NCBI GenBank assembly: GCA_035601435.1
Contig: DATNOH010000059.1
Coordinates: 6,748-70,747 of the forward strand
Reading direction: 5' to 3'
Source: Gemmatimonadales bacterium
Lineage (GTDB): Bacteria; Gemmatimonadota; Gemmatimonadetes; Gemmatimonadales; GWC2-71-9
Length of the DNA: 64,000 nt
The first letter of the stretch is position 1. Each line of letters opens with the position of its first letter. A program made the translations under genes and the position numbers. This document shows, piece after piece, positions 26,458 to 36,634 of this stretch. The notes beneath the pieces are model-generated. The model saw only the letters and a program-made list of their open reading frames with translations, did not search any database and was not told the DNA's origin.

Positions 26458-26699
26458 GCCAGTCCCAATCGGCGCTGCAGGTGCGCCTGCACCGGCGGCG
26501 TGATGATCCCCCGTGTGACCGCATCCGCGAGCGCCGCGGTCGTGGCCGCGCGATCGGCGTCGATGCCCTTCTCCCGTAGCTCCTGAATGATCCGGGCGAG
26601 CCGGCTGTCGTACTCCTGCGGCTTGAGTTTTTCGGCATCCGACACCTGCTTCAGCTTCTCCAGCTCCTGCACAAAGCGCGCGATTGTGACCGGTGCCAT
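26454..26699 (-). CDS. small helical hypothetical protein (81 aa)
   Basis: GGAGG 7 nt upstream of ATG 26697-26699. MAPVTIARFVQELEKLKQVSDAEKL... No recognisable motif. Confidence 0.5.
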   Translation of the reverse strand: MAPVTIARFVQELEKLKQVSDAEKLKPQEYDSRLARIIQELREKGIDADRAATTAALADAVTRGIITPPVQAHLQRRLGLA

Positions 26700-26817
26700 T
26701 GACAACCTCCGTTGGGGTCCCAGGCACATCAATCTAACCCGCAGGCGTGAGTCGGCTTGAGGTTTGACTTCCCTCCCTGGCTCCATTAGCCTGGGAGTCC
26801 CCCGAACCGGAAGGGCG

Positions 26818-27816
26818 ATGGCGAACGAAGCGGCATGGGCAGCGCGCCTGGCGCGCTACAAGGGCCCCGAGCTCAAGCGGAGCGTCTGGCAGCTCGCCAG
26901 CGCGGCGGCGCTGTTCGCCGGCGCGTGGGCGCTCATGTATCAGAGCCTGCGCGTCGGTTACTGGCTCACCCTGGTGTTGGCCGTGCCCGCGGCCTTCTTC
27001 CTCATCCGCCTGTTCATCATCCAGCACGACTGCGGCCACGCCGCGTTCTTCCGGTCGACCCGGGCGGCCGACATCGTCGGCTCGATCCTCGGCGTCCTCA
27101 CGCTCACGCCATACCACTATTGGAAGAAGACCCACGCGCTGCACCACGCCACCTCGGGCAACCTCGAGCACCGCGGGTTCGGCGACATCGACACCCTGAC
27201 GGTGGACGAGTACCTCGCCCGGTCGCGCTGGGAGCGGTTCAAGTATCGCGTGTATCGCCATCCGGTCGTGCTGTTCGGGGTGGGCGCGGTGCTGCACTTC
27301 TTCGTGCGACACCGGATTCCGACCATCGTGCCGCGCGAGTGGACGCGCGAGCGGCGCAGCATCTTCTGGACGGACGTGGGACTGGCAACGCTGATCGCCC
27401 TAATGGGGACCCTCGTGGGGTTCCGCGAGTTCGCGCTGGTCCAGCTTCCCGTTACGCTCCTGTCCACGTCGCTCGGCGTGTGGCTGTTCTACGTCCAGCA
27501 CCAGTTCGAGCCGACGTACTGGGAGCACGACGAGCGCTGGGCCTACGACGCCGCGGCGCTACAGGGCAGCTCGTATTACCGTCTGCCCAGGCTGCTCCAG
27601 TGGGCCACAGGGAACATCGGGCTCCACCACATTCACCACCTACACCCGCGGATCCCCAACTATCGCCTCCAGCAGGCGCTCGACGATCACGCCGAGCTGC
27701 GCCAGGTCCCGACGCTGACGCTGTGGGAAAGCTTCCGCTGCGTCCGTCTCACGTTGTGGGACGAGCGGCGGCGGAAGCTGGTGCCGTTCGCGGCGGTGAA
27801 AAGAGGAGAGACCTAA
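26818..27816 (+). CDS. membrane fatty-acid desaturase
   Basis: Three His boxes: HDCGH, HALHH, HHIHH. Hydrophobic helices. Start at MANEAAWAARLARYKG (GGAAGG upstream). Confidence 0.88.
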   Translation: MANEAAWAARLARYKGPELKRSVWQLASAAALFAGAWALMYQSLRVGYWLTLVLAVPAAFFLIRLFIIQHDCGHAAFFRSTRAADIVGSILGVLTLTPYHYWKKTHALHHATSGNLEHRGFGDIDTLTVDEYLARSRWERFKYRVYRHPVVLFGVGAVLHFFVRHRIPTIVPREWTRERRSIFWTDVGLATLIALMGTLVGFREFALVQLPVTLLSTSLGVWLFYVQHQFEPTYWEHDERWAYDAAALQGSSYYRLPRLLQWATGNIGLHHIHHLHPRIPNYRLQQALDDHAELRQVPTLTLWESFRCVRLTLWDERRRKLVPFAAVKRGET

Positions 27817-27835
27817 AGAACCGGTAGGACAGTCA

Positions 27836-28669
27836 TCACCGGCAGCCCACCTTGCCCGCCCCGCTGCCGCGGCTCACTCCCCCACCGAACGCGCTCTTCA
27901 GACGCCGCAGCGACGACGCCGGGCTGACCGGCGAGATCCCCGTGAACGCCGTCCCGACGCCCAGCGCGAGTGTCCACTTGGGCGACGCCGCCGACAGACC
28001 GACACTGCCGTCGAGCACGAGGGCCAGAGAGCCCGTCAGTACGTGGCTCGCCCCGGCGCTCAGGACGCGACTCAGGGCCTGCGTCGAATCCGACCGTCCG
28101 ACATCGGCATCGAGCGAGACGTCCGCCGCCCAGCGGCGTGAGATGTCGTAGCCGGCCTCGGCGCGCAGGGACGTCGCGTGGGGGGCGGCGAGCGTGGATT
28201 GCGCGGAAGGCCCACTGACGCTGCGGCTCGCGTCGGCGGAGACGCGGAGCCGCCGGCTCGGCGACACCCCGGCGCCCAGATCGAGCCCGACCGAGGTTGC
28301 TCCGCTGCCAAGCCCGCACGCCGCGTTCCCCGCCGGCACCACGACGGTGAGCGCAGCCGCCACCGCCGGCGAACCGGGCGTCGCGAATGCGTGGAAGGCA
28401 TCAGCGGTGAGCGGCACGTCGCCCAACCCGCTGCTCGACACCGTACGTCCACTGATCACGTCGGAGACGTGCACCTCGGCGGGCATGGCCGAAAGACCGA
28501 GCCAGGGAGTCACCTGATACCGCACGACACCGGTGAGCGCCTGCTCGGTGCGGGAATCGCTGAGCTTCGCGCTGCCGACCGTGGCGCCCGCCGTGACGGG
28601 CGCCTGGGCCGCGAGCGACGCGGCGCCGAGCGCGGCGCAGAACGTGAGACAGCCGAGGAGCGAACGCAT
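27836..28669 (-). CDS. secreted Ala/Ser/Gly-rich putative outer-membrane protein
   Basis: Signal peptide MRSLLGCLTFCAALGAASLAAQA. Alternating beta-like pattern. Start trimmed to ATG 28667-28669. Confidence 0.6.
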   Translation of the reverse strand: MRSLLGCLTFCAALGAASLAAQAPVTAGATVGSAKLSDSRTEQALTGVVRYQVTPWLGLSAMPAEVHVSDVISGRTVSSSGLGDVPLTADAFHAFATPGSPAVAAALTVVVPAGNAACGLGSGATSVGLDLGAGVSPSRRLRVSADASRSVSGPSAQSTLAAPHATSLRAEAGYDISRRWAADVSLDADVGRSDSTQALSRVLSAGASHVLTGSLALVLDGSVGLSAASPKWTLALGVGTAFTGISPVSPASSLRRLKSAFGGGVSRGSGAGKVGCR

Positions 28670-28835
28670 CTCTACACTGTAACACTGGGGGCCGGTGACG
28701 CCGGTCACGGGACAATGGTCGCCCACCCGTGGGCGCAAGTTGGAACGGTTACTTCTCGTGCACTCGCTTGGTCTTCACCGTTGAGAGCGCGGCAGAGAAA
28801 GCCGTAGCCTCCCGCCATGTCACCTTGGAGGATCA

Positions 28836-29336
28836 ATGAAGCGAACAGCAGCAAGGCTGACCACGAGCGTCACGCTGGCGTTAGGGCTTGCGCTTGCGAC
28901 CGCCACCGCAGTCGCCGCCCAGAAGCCGGCGCATGGGCAACCATCAGCGCATGCAGCCAACGCAAACCACCCGTCCAACGTTGATCGGGATCGAGCCAAG
29001 GACCTCGATCGATTCCGCGGCGTCGCGAAAAAGCTCGGCACGACCCCGGACGCCCTCGAGACTGAGTACTTGGCGGCACGCCAGACGAACCCGAAGCTCA
29101 CGCACGGCCAGTTCGTCGCCGCCAACATGGTGGCGCACAACTTGAGCGCGAAGAATCCGAACATCACCACTCAGGCGATCCTGGACGGGCTGAAGAGCGG
29201 CAAGAGCATCGGCCAGACGCTCCAGAGCCTGGGGCTGAGTGAAAAGGAAGCCAAGGAAGCGGAGGCGAGCGCCAAGCGCGAGGCGAAGCAGGCCGAGCAC
29301 GAGAAGGATGAGGCCGCGAAGACCGGCGGCCACTAA
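28836..29336 (+). CDS. secreted hypothetical protein with Lys/Glu-rich tail
   Basis: GGAGGA upstream. Signal peptide MKRTAARLTTSVTLALGLALATATAVAAQ. Confidence 0.7.
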   Translation: MKRTAARLTTSVTLALGLALATATAVAAQKPAHGQPSAHAANANHPSNVDRDRAKDLDRFRGVAKKLGTTPDALETEYLAARQTNPKLTHGQFVAANMVAHNLSAKNPNITTQAILDGLKSGKSIGQTLQSLGLSEKEAKEAEASAKREAKQAEHEKDEAAKTGGH

Positions 29337-29341
29337 CAGCA

Positions 29342-29375
29342 CAGCGGGCACGCTCGATCTCGAGCGTGCCCGCTG
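29342..29375. terminator. bidirectional terminator hairpin between convergent genes
   Basis: Perfect 16-bp arms CAGCGGGCACGCTCGA / TCGAGCGTGCCCGCTG separated by 2 nt. Lies 6 nt after the stop at 29336 and 21 nt before the stop at 29397. Confidence 0.6.
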
Positions 29376-29396
29376 CGTCACGCGACCGGCGTTGGC

Positions 29397-29912
29397 TCAG
29401 CCGCGCAGTGCGGCGAACAGTCCGAGGACGGCGATGACGACACCCAGCGCGATCTTGACCGCGGCGGCGGTCGCGCGACCCACCACGGCGCCCCACCCTA
29501 CGCGCACCGCCGTCCCCGGTGTGCGGGACAGCGAGTACTCGAACACTACCGCGCCGGCGAACGAACCGAGGAACGCGCCGATCACGCTCCCGACAATGGG
29601 CACGGGCACCCCCATCGTGGCGCCGACGATCCCGCCGACCAGCGCGCCCCACGCCGACCGGCGCGAGCCGCCGTACGTCCGTGCGAAGCGAAATCCCAGC
29701 CACCACTCGATGATCTCGCCCAGGAAAGCGAGGCCCAGAGCGACTCCCATGGTCGCGACCCCGACCGAGCGGAAGTCCGTGAGCCAGCCATAGCCGACGA
29801 TCCCGGCCACCATGAGCCACAGCCCGGGCAGACCGAGGGGAACGAGCAGCAGCCCGAACATGGTGCAGACGCCGAGCAGCAGGACGGGAAGGACGTGACT
29901 CATGGTCTCCAA
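29397..29912 (-). CDS. DUF456-family integral membrane protein
   Basis: Gly/Ala/Val-rich helices, including the YGGSRRSAWGALVGGIVG...GSVIGAFLGSFAGAVVFE pattern. TTG start at 29912 or ATG at 29903. Confidence 0.7.
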   Translation of the reverse strand: METMSHVLPVLLLGVCTMFGLLLVPLGLPGLWLMVAGIVGYGWLTDFRSVGVATMGVALGLAFLGEIIEWWLGFRFARTYGGSRRSAWGALVGGIVGATMGVPVPIVGSVIGAFLGSFAGAVVFEYSLSRTPGTAVRVGWGAVVGRATAAAVKIALGVVIAVLGLFAALRG

Positions 29913-29929
29913 TACCGTATCATCTTCTC

Positions 29930-30418
29930 ATGGGCGACAAGAGCATGGAACAGCTGCGCTCGCTCTTGAAGAGCTACGAGGAGCGCAGCGCGAAGTTGCA
30001 GGTCGGCGTGAAACCTGCGACGCAGGACGAAGGGGAGCGACGCCGCCGGGCCTGCGGCGATCGTCTGCGCACCGTCGTGCGATCGGTGCTGGACCGGTTC
30101 ATGGACGCGCTCAAGAACGCCGGCCACGACGCTGCCATCGAAGACGAGACTGCAACCACAGGCGCGTACCCCACGGTGGCGCTCATCTTCACGCCGCGCA
30201 CGCCTGCGGGCACCGCGCTCGCCTCCACGCTGACGTTCAAATGCGATCCCCGGCGCGGCATCGCGGTGGCGCGTGACATCAAGCCCTCCCCGACCAAGGG
30301 CCGGGCGGTCACGAGCAGCACCGACCGCATCGGGACGATGAAAGTGGAAGCCGTGTCGGTGGAATGGGTCGACACCAAGACCCTCAGCTTCATCGAGGCC
30401 GTGCTCAAGGTCAACTGA
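29930..30418 (+). CDS. hypothetical protein (162 aa)
   Basis: Single clean ORF with GC3-rich codons. No motif recognised. Confidence 0.55.
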   Translation: MGDKSMEQLRSLLKSYEERSAKLQVGVKPATQDEGERRRRACGDRLRTVVRSVLDRFMDALKNAGHDAAIEDETATTGAYPTVALIFTPRTPAGTALASTLTFKCDPRRGIAVARDIKPSPTKGRAVTSSTDRIGTMKVEAVSVEWVDTKTLSFIEAVLKVN

Positions 30419-30480
30419 GTGTCTTGACCGGCCGGGGCTCCTCCCCTACCGTGGACCGTCTCCAACCCCTTGAGGCGACG

Positions 30481-31113
30481 ATGGGCGTGCGCTCCGGCGG
30501 GCTATCCGCCTTTCTGGTCTTGCTGGTGGTGTCGGCTTGCGGCGGCGGCAGGCGCAGCGTGCTCGTGCCCCCGACGCTCGACCTGCGGACCTATGGGAGG
30601 CTCGGTCTCGTCACCTTCACGGTGGAGAACGCTAAAGGCTCGCTCCACGAGTTCGCGACCGAGCGGTTCTCCGAGGACATGCTGGCGGCGCAACCCGGCA
30701 TCGAAGTGCTCGAGCTCGGCACGCAGGACAGCTTACTGCGCCGTGTCGGGGAGAACGACCTGGGCATCGCCGCGGCCCAGGAGCTCGGCAGGCAGCGCGA
30801 GGTCGGCGCCGTGTTCGCGGGCCATCTCAAGGTCACGAATCCCAAGGGGACGGGCGGACTCGCGGGGCTCGTGACCCCGCATCTCGAAGCCACCGTGAGG
30901 GTGGACCTCACGGTGCGGCTGCTGTCGACTCGGTCGGGGGCCACCCTGTGGCGCTCGAGTGCCTGGGCGACCGAGCGGGTCGGCCACGTGGCGCTGGTGG
31001 GCGGCCAGCTCGACTTCTCCGCCAAGGATCCTAAAGAGGCGTACGGGCCGCTGGTGAACACGCTCATCCGTCTCGTAACGCAGGACATGCGGTCGACGTG
31101 GCAACGGCAGTGA
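30481..31113 (+). CDS. putative lipoprotein
   Basis: MGVRSGGLSAFLVLLVVSACGG carries a lipobox (VSAC). Start trimmed from the ORF-track 30364. Confidence 0.7.
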   Translation: MGVRSGGLSAFLVLLVVSACGGGRRSVLVPPTLDLRTYGRLGLVTFTVENAKGSLHEFATERFSEDMLAAQPGIEVLELGTQDSLLRRVGENDLGIAAAQELGRQREVGAVFAGHLKVTNPKGTGGLAGLVTPHLEATVRVDLTVRLLSTRSGATLWRSSAWATERVGHVALVGGQLDFSAKDPKEAYGPLVNTLIRLVTQDMRSTWQRQ

Positions 31114-31130
31114 CCGGATAGATTCCGGTC
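31112..31130. terminator. hairpin spanning convergent stop codons
   Basis: GACCGGA-tagat-TCCGGTC, a 7-bp stem that includes the TGA of both convergent genes. Confidence 0.3.
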
Positions 31131-32004
31131 AAGACGCGCGCGCGATTTCCTCGAAGTCGCGCGGCGACAGCTCGAGCAGTGCCGCGGCTACGTTCTCTTC
31201 CAGGTGCTTCACGCTCGACGTCCCGGGGATCGGGAGCATCACGGGCGAGCGTCGCAGCAGCCACGCGATCGCCACCTGCGCGGGCGTCGCGTGCAGCCAG
31301 GCCGCGACCCTGGCGAGGGGCCCCTCGGCGCGCAGCGCCGCCCCGGCACCGAGCGGATACCACGGCAGGAAGGCCAGCCGCTCGCGCTCGCAGTGGTCGA
31401 GCACAGCCTCGTGCTGCCGGTCTGTGGGGCTATAGCGGTTCTGCACCGAGACGATCGGCATGATCTTCTGCGCACGCTCGATGTCGGCGACCGGGACCTC
31501 CGACAGGCCGACGTGTCGGATTTTCCCCTCATCCTGCATCCGCTTAAATGTGCCAAGTTGGTCCGCGAGCGGCACGGCGGGATCGATGCGGTGCAACTGA
31601 TACAGGTCGACGCGCTCGACCTTCAGCCGGCGCAGACTGCCTTCCAGCGCGGTGCGGAGGTGCTCCGGTCGCCCGTTCGTCTTCCACTGGTCGGGGCCCG
31701 GCCGCACGAAGCCGGCCTTGGTGGCGATCACCAGCCCCGCCGGGTAGGGGTAAAGCGCTTCCGCGATGAGTCGCTCGCTCACCTCCGGGCCGTAGGAGTC
31801 GGCGGTATCGATCAGGTTGACCCCGAGCTCGACGGCCCGGCGCAGCACGGCGATCGCCTCGCGCCGGTCCCGCGGCTCACCCCATATCCCCTTGCCGGTA
31901 AGGCGCATGGCGCCGAAGCCGAGGCGGTGGACGGGCAGGTCGCCGCCCAGCAGAAAGGTGCCGCTCCGGGCGGCGGAAGCCGAGGTTTCACTTGTTGAAG
32001 TCAT
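31129..32004 (-). CDS. aldo/keto reductase
   Basis: [10 protein letters not shown]...[12 protein letters not shown]...GLSEV...[13 protein letters not shown], typical AKR motifs. Confidence 0.9.
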   Translation of the reverse strand: MTSTSETSASAARSGTFLLGGDLPVHRLGFGAMRLTGKGIWGEPRDRREAIAVLRRAVELGVNLIDTADSYGPEVSERLIAEALYPYPAGLVIATKAGFVRPGPDQWKTNGRPEHLRTALEGSLRRLKVERVDLYQLHRIDPAVPLADQLGTFKRMQDEGKIRHVGLSEVPVADIERAQKIMPIVSVQNRYSPTDRQHEAVLDHCERERLAFLPWYPLGAGAALRAEGPLARVAAWLHATPAQVAIAWLLRRSPVMLPIPGTSSVKHLEENVAAALLELSPRDFEEIARAS

Positions 32005-32065
32005 GCGTTAGGAACCCGTCGGACGGTGTGCCGGTTCCGGTGGCGACGGCGCCACAGGCACGTCG

Positions 32066-32506
32066 TCAGCGCACCCCCGCCCCCCGCGCCGCCGCGAGCC
32101 TCGCCTGCTGCTCGGCCGAGAGCGTGTTCTTGATGTTGATCAGCAGCGACATGTGGGCGCGCTTCACCTCGCGCTCCACGCCCAGAACCTCGTCCACCTG
32201 CGCCAGCGCCGCGGCCTGATCGACGGCGGGCTTCTCGAGGAGCGACGCGAGACGCTGCGACTGCTCCTGCATGCGCCACTGCAGGTCCACCACCTTGCTC
32301 TGAAAGTCCTGGATCGCCTTGGTGATGGTGGAGCGTTGCTCGGGACGGAGCCCGATGTCCTGCTGATGCTGCATCACCAGCTCCGGCGGAAACAGCGCGC
32401 GCGCGAGCGGATCCTCGGGAGCTTGCGGCGGTTGCTGCGCACCCGCCGCCGTCGCGACGACGAGCAGAGCCAACGTCGGAGCCCAGCACGTCCGAGATGC
32501 TTTCAC
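32066..32506 (-). CDS. periplasmic Spy/CpxP-like (LTxxQ-type) protein
   Basis: GGAGG 5 nt upstream of GTG 32504-32506. Signal peptide KASRTCWAPTLALLVVATAAGAQ. Helical Q/E-rich body with LSAEQQARL. Third gene of the ECF sigma operon (GTGA overlap). Confidence 0.65.
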   Translation of the reverse strand: MKASRTCWAPTLALLVVATAAGAQQPPQAPEDPLARALFPPELVMQHQQDIGLRPEQRSTITKAIQDFQSKVVDLQWRMQEQSQRLASLLEKPAVDQAAALAQVDEVLGVEREVKRAHMSLLINIKNTLSAEQQARLAAARGAGVR

Positions 32507-32850
32507 AGAATCCTCCGATCGAGACCCCTGGGTCCGAGCTGCGGGACACTGCGCAGCAGCTCGACGCCCGGGAGCTTGAGCAGGAAATCGGTGGGCGCTT
32601 GCCACCGTACGGTCGCGAGATCGATCACCAGACGGTCGTTCTTCTGTACACGCCAGGTCGAGGCGACTACCACGGCTATCACCGCGACGACCACCACGGC
32701 GGCGAGCCCCAGGTCGCGGCGGCGCGGCACGCCCGCCCGGCGAGCGCGCGCCGCAGCAACGGTCGCCTGGAACGACGGGCTGGCGGCTGCGTCTTTCCGG
32801 CGCAACGCCGCGAAGGCCTTGTTGAGGTGCTGATCGTCGCGCTCGATCAT
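32503..32850 (-). CDS. anti-sigma factor-like single-pass membrane protein
   Basis: Lies directly downstream of the ECF sigma (ATGA overlap). One TM helix, LGLAAVVVVAVIAVVVAS. Confidence 0.65.
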   Translation of the reverse strand: MIERDDQHLNKAFAALRRKDAAASPSFQATVAAARARRAGVPRRRDLGLAAVVVVAVIAVVVASTWRVQKNDRLVIDLATVRWQAPTDFLLKLPGVELLRSVPQLGPRGLDRRIL

Positions 32851-33362
32851 TCTGGCTCCTCCTCCAGCAGCTTCTTGAGCGCGGCCTTGCCACGCTCGTA
32901 GTGGGTGCGGGCGGTGCCCAAAGACACTCCCGCGACAGCGGCCGCCTCGGCGATCGTCAGGTCCTCGTAGAACACCAGATGGAGGACCTGGCGCTGGCGC
33001 GCCGACAATCGCCCGAGCGCGCGCATCAGCCGGGCCGTTTCGTCGGCGCCGACGAGCGCCGTCGCGGGATCGGGCCTGCCGTCCACCGCCTCCGGGCCGA
33101 GCAGTAACGACGCGAGCGGAATCCAGCGCCGCAGCGCGGCCCGCCGTCGCACTTCGCGCGCCGTCCGCGCGATCACGCCGAATACGAACGTACGGAGGCT
33201 CGAGCGTCCGTCGAAGCGCGCGCGGCCGTCCAGGAGCTTCAAGTAGCTCGCCTGGAGCACGTCCTCGGCCGCGCTCCGATCCCAGCCGCAGCAGCTCAGC
33301 GCCCAGCCGAACGCGGCGGCGTGCAGCTGCTCGAGCTCGGCCGTCAGGTCGGCAGGTGACAT
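32847..33362 (-). CDS. ECF-type RNA polymerase sigma-70 family factor
   Basis: Region 2 (DVLQASYLKLL...FRTFVFGVIARTARE) and region 4 HTH (LSARQRQVLHLVFYEDLTIAEAAAVAGVSLGTARTHYERG). Confidence 0.9.
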   Translation of the reverse strand: MSPADLTAELEQLHAAAFGWALSCCGWDRSAAEDVLQASYLKLLDGRARFDGRSSLRTFVFGVIARTAREVRRRAALRRWIPLASLLLGPEAVDGRPDPATALVGADETARLMRALGRLSARQRQVLHLVFYEDLTIAEAAAVAGVSLGTARTHYERGKAALKKLLEEEPE

Positions 33363-33477
33363 GTCGCTATCGACTATTGAGTGTCTGCGCGGGCTCGACT
33401 ATATGACACTGCGTGGTCGGGCCCGATGTCCCGGATGCGGCTTGCCGATGAACGTTGCGACTGCTTCAGCGCTGACG

Positions 33478-34149
33478 TCAGCTGGGGCGAATCGAGTAGT
33501 CTAACGGGAGAGTAACATGCACCCGCACCGCCTGCCCGTGCATCCGAGCGGGGCGGAAATGCGCGGTGAGGATCCACGCGCGGCTTGGCGTATCGAACGC
33601 GGGATTGGGGCTGTCGACGATCTCGATTGAGCGGGGTTCGGCGCGCCCCAGCGTGTCGACGATCGCGGCGATTACCACGCGACCCTGAATACCTGCTCGC
33701 CTCAGGAGAGTTGGGTAGGGCGCGGGTGGGGCTGATAGTAAGGCGGGGCGCTCCTCCACCACCGCTTCCGAGTACACGATGTCCTCCGGAGGCACGACGC
33801 CGTCCGCACGCCCACCCTCGACCCCAATCCCGCGGTAGTCCTTCGGATCGAAGTGCTCCTCCAGATCGAGCGGCGGAACGGTCGTGGGGATCACCGTCGT
33901 CACGACGACGGTCTGGAACCCCCGCAGCGGCTCGGCGAGCAGCACCGGCTGCGGGTCGGGCACTTTCGGCTCGGAGGTAAGCAGCACGACGGTCGTGTCG
34001 AGCTTGACGGTCGTGTCGCCTGGCCCGCGGTGGAGCGTGCCGTACAGAGCCCCAACGATCAGCGCGGTGTGCAACGCCAGCGACACCACACCGACCAATA
34101 GCGCTTTCGGGCGCCTCCTTCTGTTGGTCTCGAACAGGGGGAGATCCAC
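33478..34149 (-). CDS. TonB-family energy transducer
   Basis: N-terminal TM anchor, Pro-rich linker, C-terminal YPTLLRRAGIQGRVVIAAIVDTLGR...RPARMHGQAV TonB_C pattern. Confidence 0.85.
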   Translation of the reverse strand: MDLPLFETNRRRRPKALLVGVVSLALHTALIVGALYGTLHRGPGDTTVKLDTTVVLLTSEPKVPDPQPVLLAEPLRGFQTVVVTTVIPTTVPPLDLEEHFDPKDYRGIGVEGGRADGVVPPEDIVYSEAVVEERPALLSAPPAPYPTLLRRAGIQGRVVIAAIVDTLGRAEPRSIEIVDSPNPAFDTPSRAWILTAHFRPARMHGQAVRVHVTLPLDYSIRPS

Positions 34150-34155
34150 GAGTCC

Positions 34156-34362
34156 TCAGGTCCAGGTAACGTGAGCCTGGAGCCGCGGCGGGCGTTCCGC
34201 CTCGACAGTGACTGGCGCCAGCTTCCCACCCCACCACACCGTATCGGGTGAGCACACGGGTGAAGTGTCGTACGGCCGGCGTACCTCGGCGACCGCCATC
34301 CGGGCGACGCACCCGTATCCCACCGTCATCAATACTCCCAGCGCTAGCGCGTACAGGCGCAT
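34156..34362 (-). CDS. small hydrophobic-N-terminus protein upstream of tonB (68 aa)
   Basis: MRLYALALGVLMTVGYGC... Ends 6 nt before the tonB start. Weak evidence. Confidence 0.35.
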   Translation of the reverse strand: MRLYALALGVLMTVGYGCVARMAVAEVRRPYDTSPVCSPDTVWWGGKLAPVTVEAERPPRLQAHVTWT

Positions 34363-34497
34363 GCAATTCCCCTCTGAGCTCGAGTCATGCCGTCGTGCAT
34401 GCCAATGACCAGTTTGGGCTACGTATTGTTCCCGCAGGTGGTCGCGAAGTGGAGGTGTTGACGACATCCTGACACCGACGAATCGTCGGCGCGTGTG

Positions 34498-36141
34498 CTA
34501 CGCGTCGCCGACCTCGCGCCGGTGCAGCTGCCGCACGGTCTCGATGGTATCAGATTGGTCCGGGCCTTTGTCCGGGCGGTAACGCACGACGCGCGCGAAG
34601 CGCAACGCCAGACCACCCGAATAGGTGGGGCTCGCCTGGATGCCGTTGAACGCGACCTCCACGACCAGCTCGGGCCTTACGTACACCACGTGAGCGTCGC
34701 GTCGGGTCTCGAGCTCGAGCAGCTTGGCCGTCTGCCACTCGAGCATTTCGTCCGTCATCCCCTTGAACGTCTTCCCCAGCATCACGAACCCGCCCGCGTC
34801 CGCATCGCGGGCGCCGAGGTGGAGGTTCGAGAGCCGGCCGCGGCGGCGGCCATGGCCCCATTCGGCGGCGAGTACGATCAGGTCGAGTGTGTGGGCGGGC
34901 TTCACCTTGAGCCAGGCCGCGCCGCGCGCGCCCGCGTCGTAGTGCGCGCCTAGCGCTTTTGCCATCAGCCCTTCCTGGCCCGCCGCGATCGCCCGATCGA
35001 AGAACGCCGCGGCTTCGCCCGCGTCCGAGGTCACGAGGCGGGGCACCCGCTGCCCGGCCGGTACGGCCGCCGCGAGGGCGGCGAACCGCCGGGCGTACGG
35101 CTCGTCCAGGAGCGACGCGCCGTCGGCATGGAGCAAGTCAAAGAAGAACGGCGCGAGCGGCAGCTCGGCGCGCAGCCGTGCGACATCGAGCTTCCGCCCG
35201 AAGCGGCGCATCGTCGCCTGGAACGGCAGGGGCGTGCCGTCCGGACGCAGCGCGATCGCTTCCCCGTCAAGGATCGCGTCGTTGAGTGGCAGCCGGCGGA
35301 CCGCTTCGACGACCTCGGGCACCGCGGGCGTGACGTCGTTGAGCTGACGGGAAAACACGCGCACCTCATCGCCCGACTTGTGGACCTGGATGCGCGCACC
35401 GTCGAGCTTGTGCTCGAAGGCCGCCTCGCCGCCCAGGCGTGTCAGGGCGTCGGCCACGTCATCAGCGGCCTGGGCCAGCATCGGCTGGATCGGGTGGAAC
35501 AGCTCCACGCGAAAGCTCGTGAGGCCCGCCGCTCCCTGGGTAAGGGCGGCCCGGGCGACGCGACCCAGGTCGGCGGCGAGCATCGTCGCGCGGCGGACCG
35601 TCTCCCCGGCGAGGCCGGCCGCCCTCGCGACCGCCTCGGTCACGAGTCCCTCGAGCGCTCCTTGACGCAGCTCACCCATGAGCAGGCGCAGCAAGAATTC
35701 CTGCTCCTCGGCGGTCGCCCGGGTGAGCAGGTCACTTAGTATCCGTTCCTTTTCTCGAGCGGAGCCCTTACCAGTCGCATTCGCGAGGCGTTGCAGCGCC
35801 GCATCCAGTGCGTCGAGCTCGAGGGTGGGAGCGTCGGTCGCGTCCTCGGGCTTTACGGCCTGCAGGGCGGCGTAGCCGATGCCGAGCCGCCCCTGGCGGA
35901 GGGAGCCCGACAGGAAAGCGACCGCGATCTCGATCTCTTCCGGGCTCGCGCGTTTCAGCAGGTCGGCGAGGAGCTCGATCTTGGCGAGACGACCTCTCGT
36001 GGCCGCGACACGGCGCGAGGTCTGGACCAGCTCTTGGAACAACACGACACCCGTGCCGGCGTTAGAGGACCACATCGCCGCCCGGATCGGTGCCGCGCAA
36101 GCGTTCCAGCCGACCGAGTAGAACGCCTCCCGCTCGGTCAA
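34498..36141 (-). CDS. ATP-dependent DNA ligase (Lig1/LigB type with N-terminal DNA-binding domain)
   Basis: Adenylation motif I EHKLDGARIQVH; also LDGEAIA, FFFDLL, EGLMAKAL, WLKVK. TTG start at 36141; alternative ATG at 36075. Confidence 0.9.
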   Translation of the reverse strand: MTEREAFYSVGWNACAAPIRAAMWSSNAGTGVVLFQELVQTSRRVAATRGRLAKIELLADLLKRASPEEIEIAVAFLSGSLRQGRLGIGYAALQAVKPEDATDAPTLELDALDAALQRLANATGKGSAREKERILSDLLTRATAEEQEFLLRLLMGELRQGALEGLVTEAVARAAGLAGETVRRATMLAADLGRVARAALTQGAAGLTSFRVELFHPIQPMLAQAADDVADALTRLGGEAAFEHKLDGARIQVHKSGDEVRVFSRQLNDVTPAVPEVVEAVRRLPLNDAILDGEAIALRPDGTPLPFQATMRRFGRKLDVARLRAELPLAPFFFDLLHADGASLLDEPYARRFAALAAAVPAGQRVPRLVTSDAGEAAAFFDRAIAAGQEGLMAKALGAHYDAGARGAAWLKVKPAHTLDLIVLAAEWGHGRRRGRLSNLHLGARDADAGGFVMLGKTFKGMTDEMLEWQTAKLLELETRRDAHVVYVRPELVVEVAFNGIQASPTYSGGLALRFARVVRYRPDKGPDQSDTIETVRQLHRREVGDA

Positions 36142-36152
36142 TCACCGGCCCT

Positions 36153-36578
36153 TCAAGGTGCGAGGATCTTCCGGACGTTCGAGAGGATCGCCTCGAGCTG
36201 GCTGTCCACCCGGCGTTTTTCGAACAGCCGGCCGCGCAGCCAGGCGATGAGGGACCGCGGGGCCCACACGTCCCGCACCGTCACTGCGGTCGCTTCCGCG
36301 GCTCGGTCGAGCCGAAAGAACGTCTTCCAGCCGTTCCGCTCACCGCGCTCCACCCAGCCGAACGTCGTCGGCGGCGTGAAGTCCACGACCTCGAACTCGG
36401 TCATGCGCTGACCGAACCGCACTTTGAACCGCACGCCCTTCCTGAGGGGCTTTTCGCTCTGGGTTCCGGCGCATCCAGGGAGCCATTCCGCCATGCGACT
36501 CGGGTCGGTGAGCAGGGCGAACACCCGCTCGATCGACACGGGGACAGTCTGGATGACAGTTCGACTGACAGGGCGCAT
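36153..36578 (-). CDS. SRPBCC (START/polyketide cyclase-like) family protein
   Basis: IQTVPVSIERVFALLTDPSRMAEWLPG, typical of the SRPBCC N-terminus. 141 aa. Confidence 0.75.
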   Translation of the reverse strand: MRPVSRTVIQTVPVSIERVFALLTDPSRMAEWLPGCAGTQSEKPLRKGVRFKVRFGQRMTEFEVVDFTPPTTFGWVERGERNGWKTFFRLDRAAEATAVTVRDVWAPRSLIAWLRGRLFEKRRVDSQLEAILSNVRKILAP

Positions 36579-36634
36579 GAACGGGGCTCGAGGGTTGGTC
36601 TAGGCTCGCACCCCAATGCAGCGGTGTCAACCGG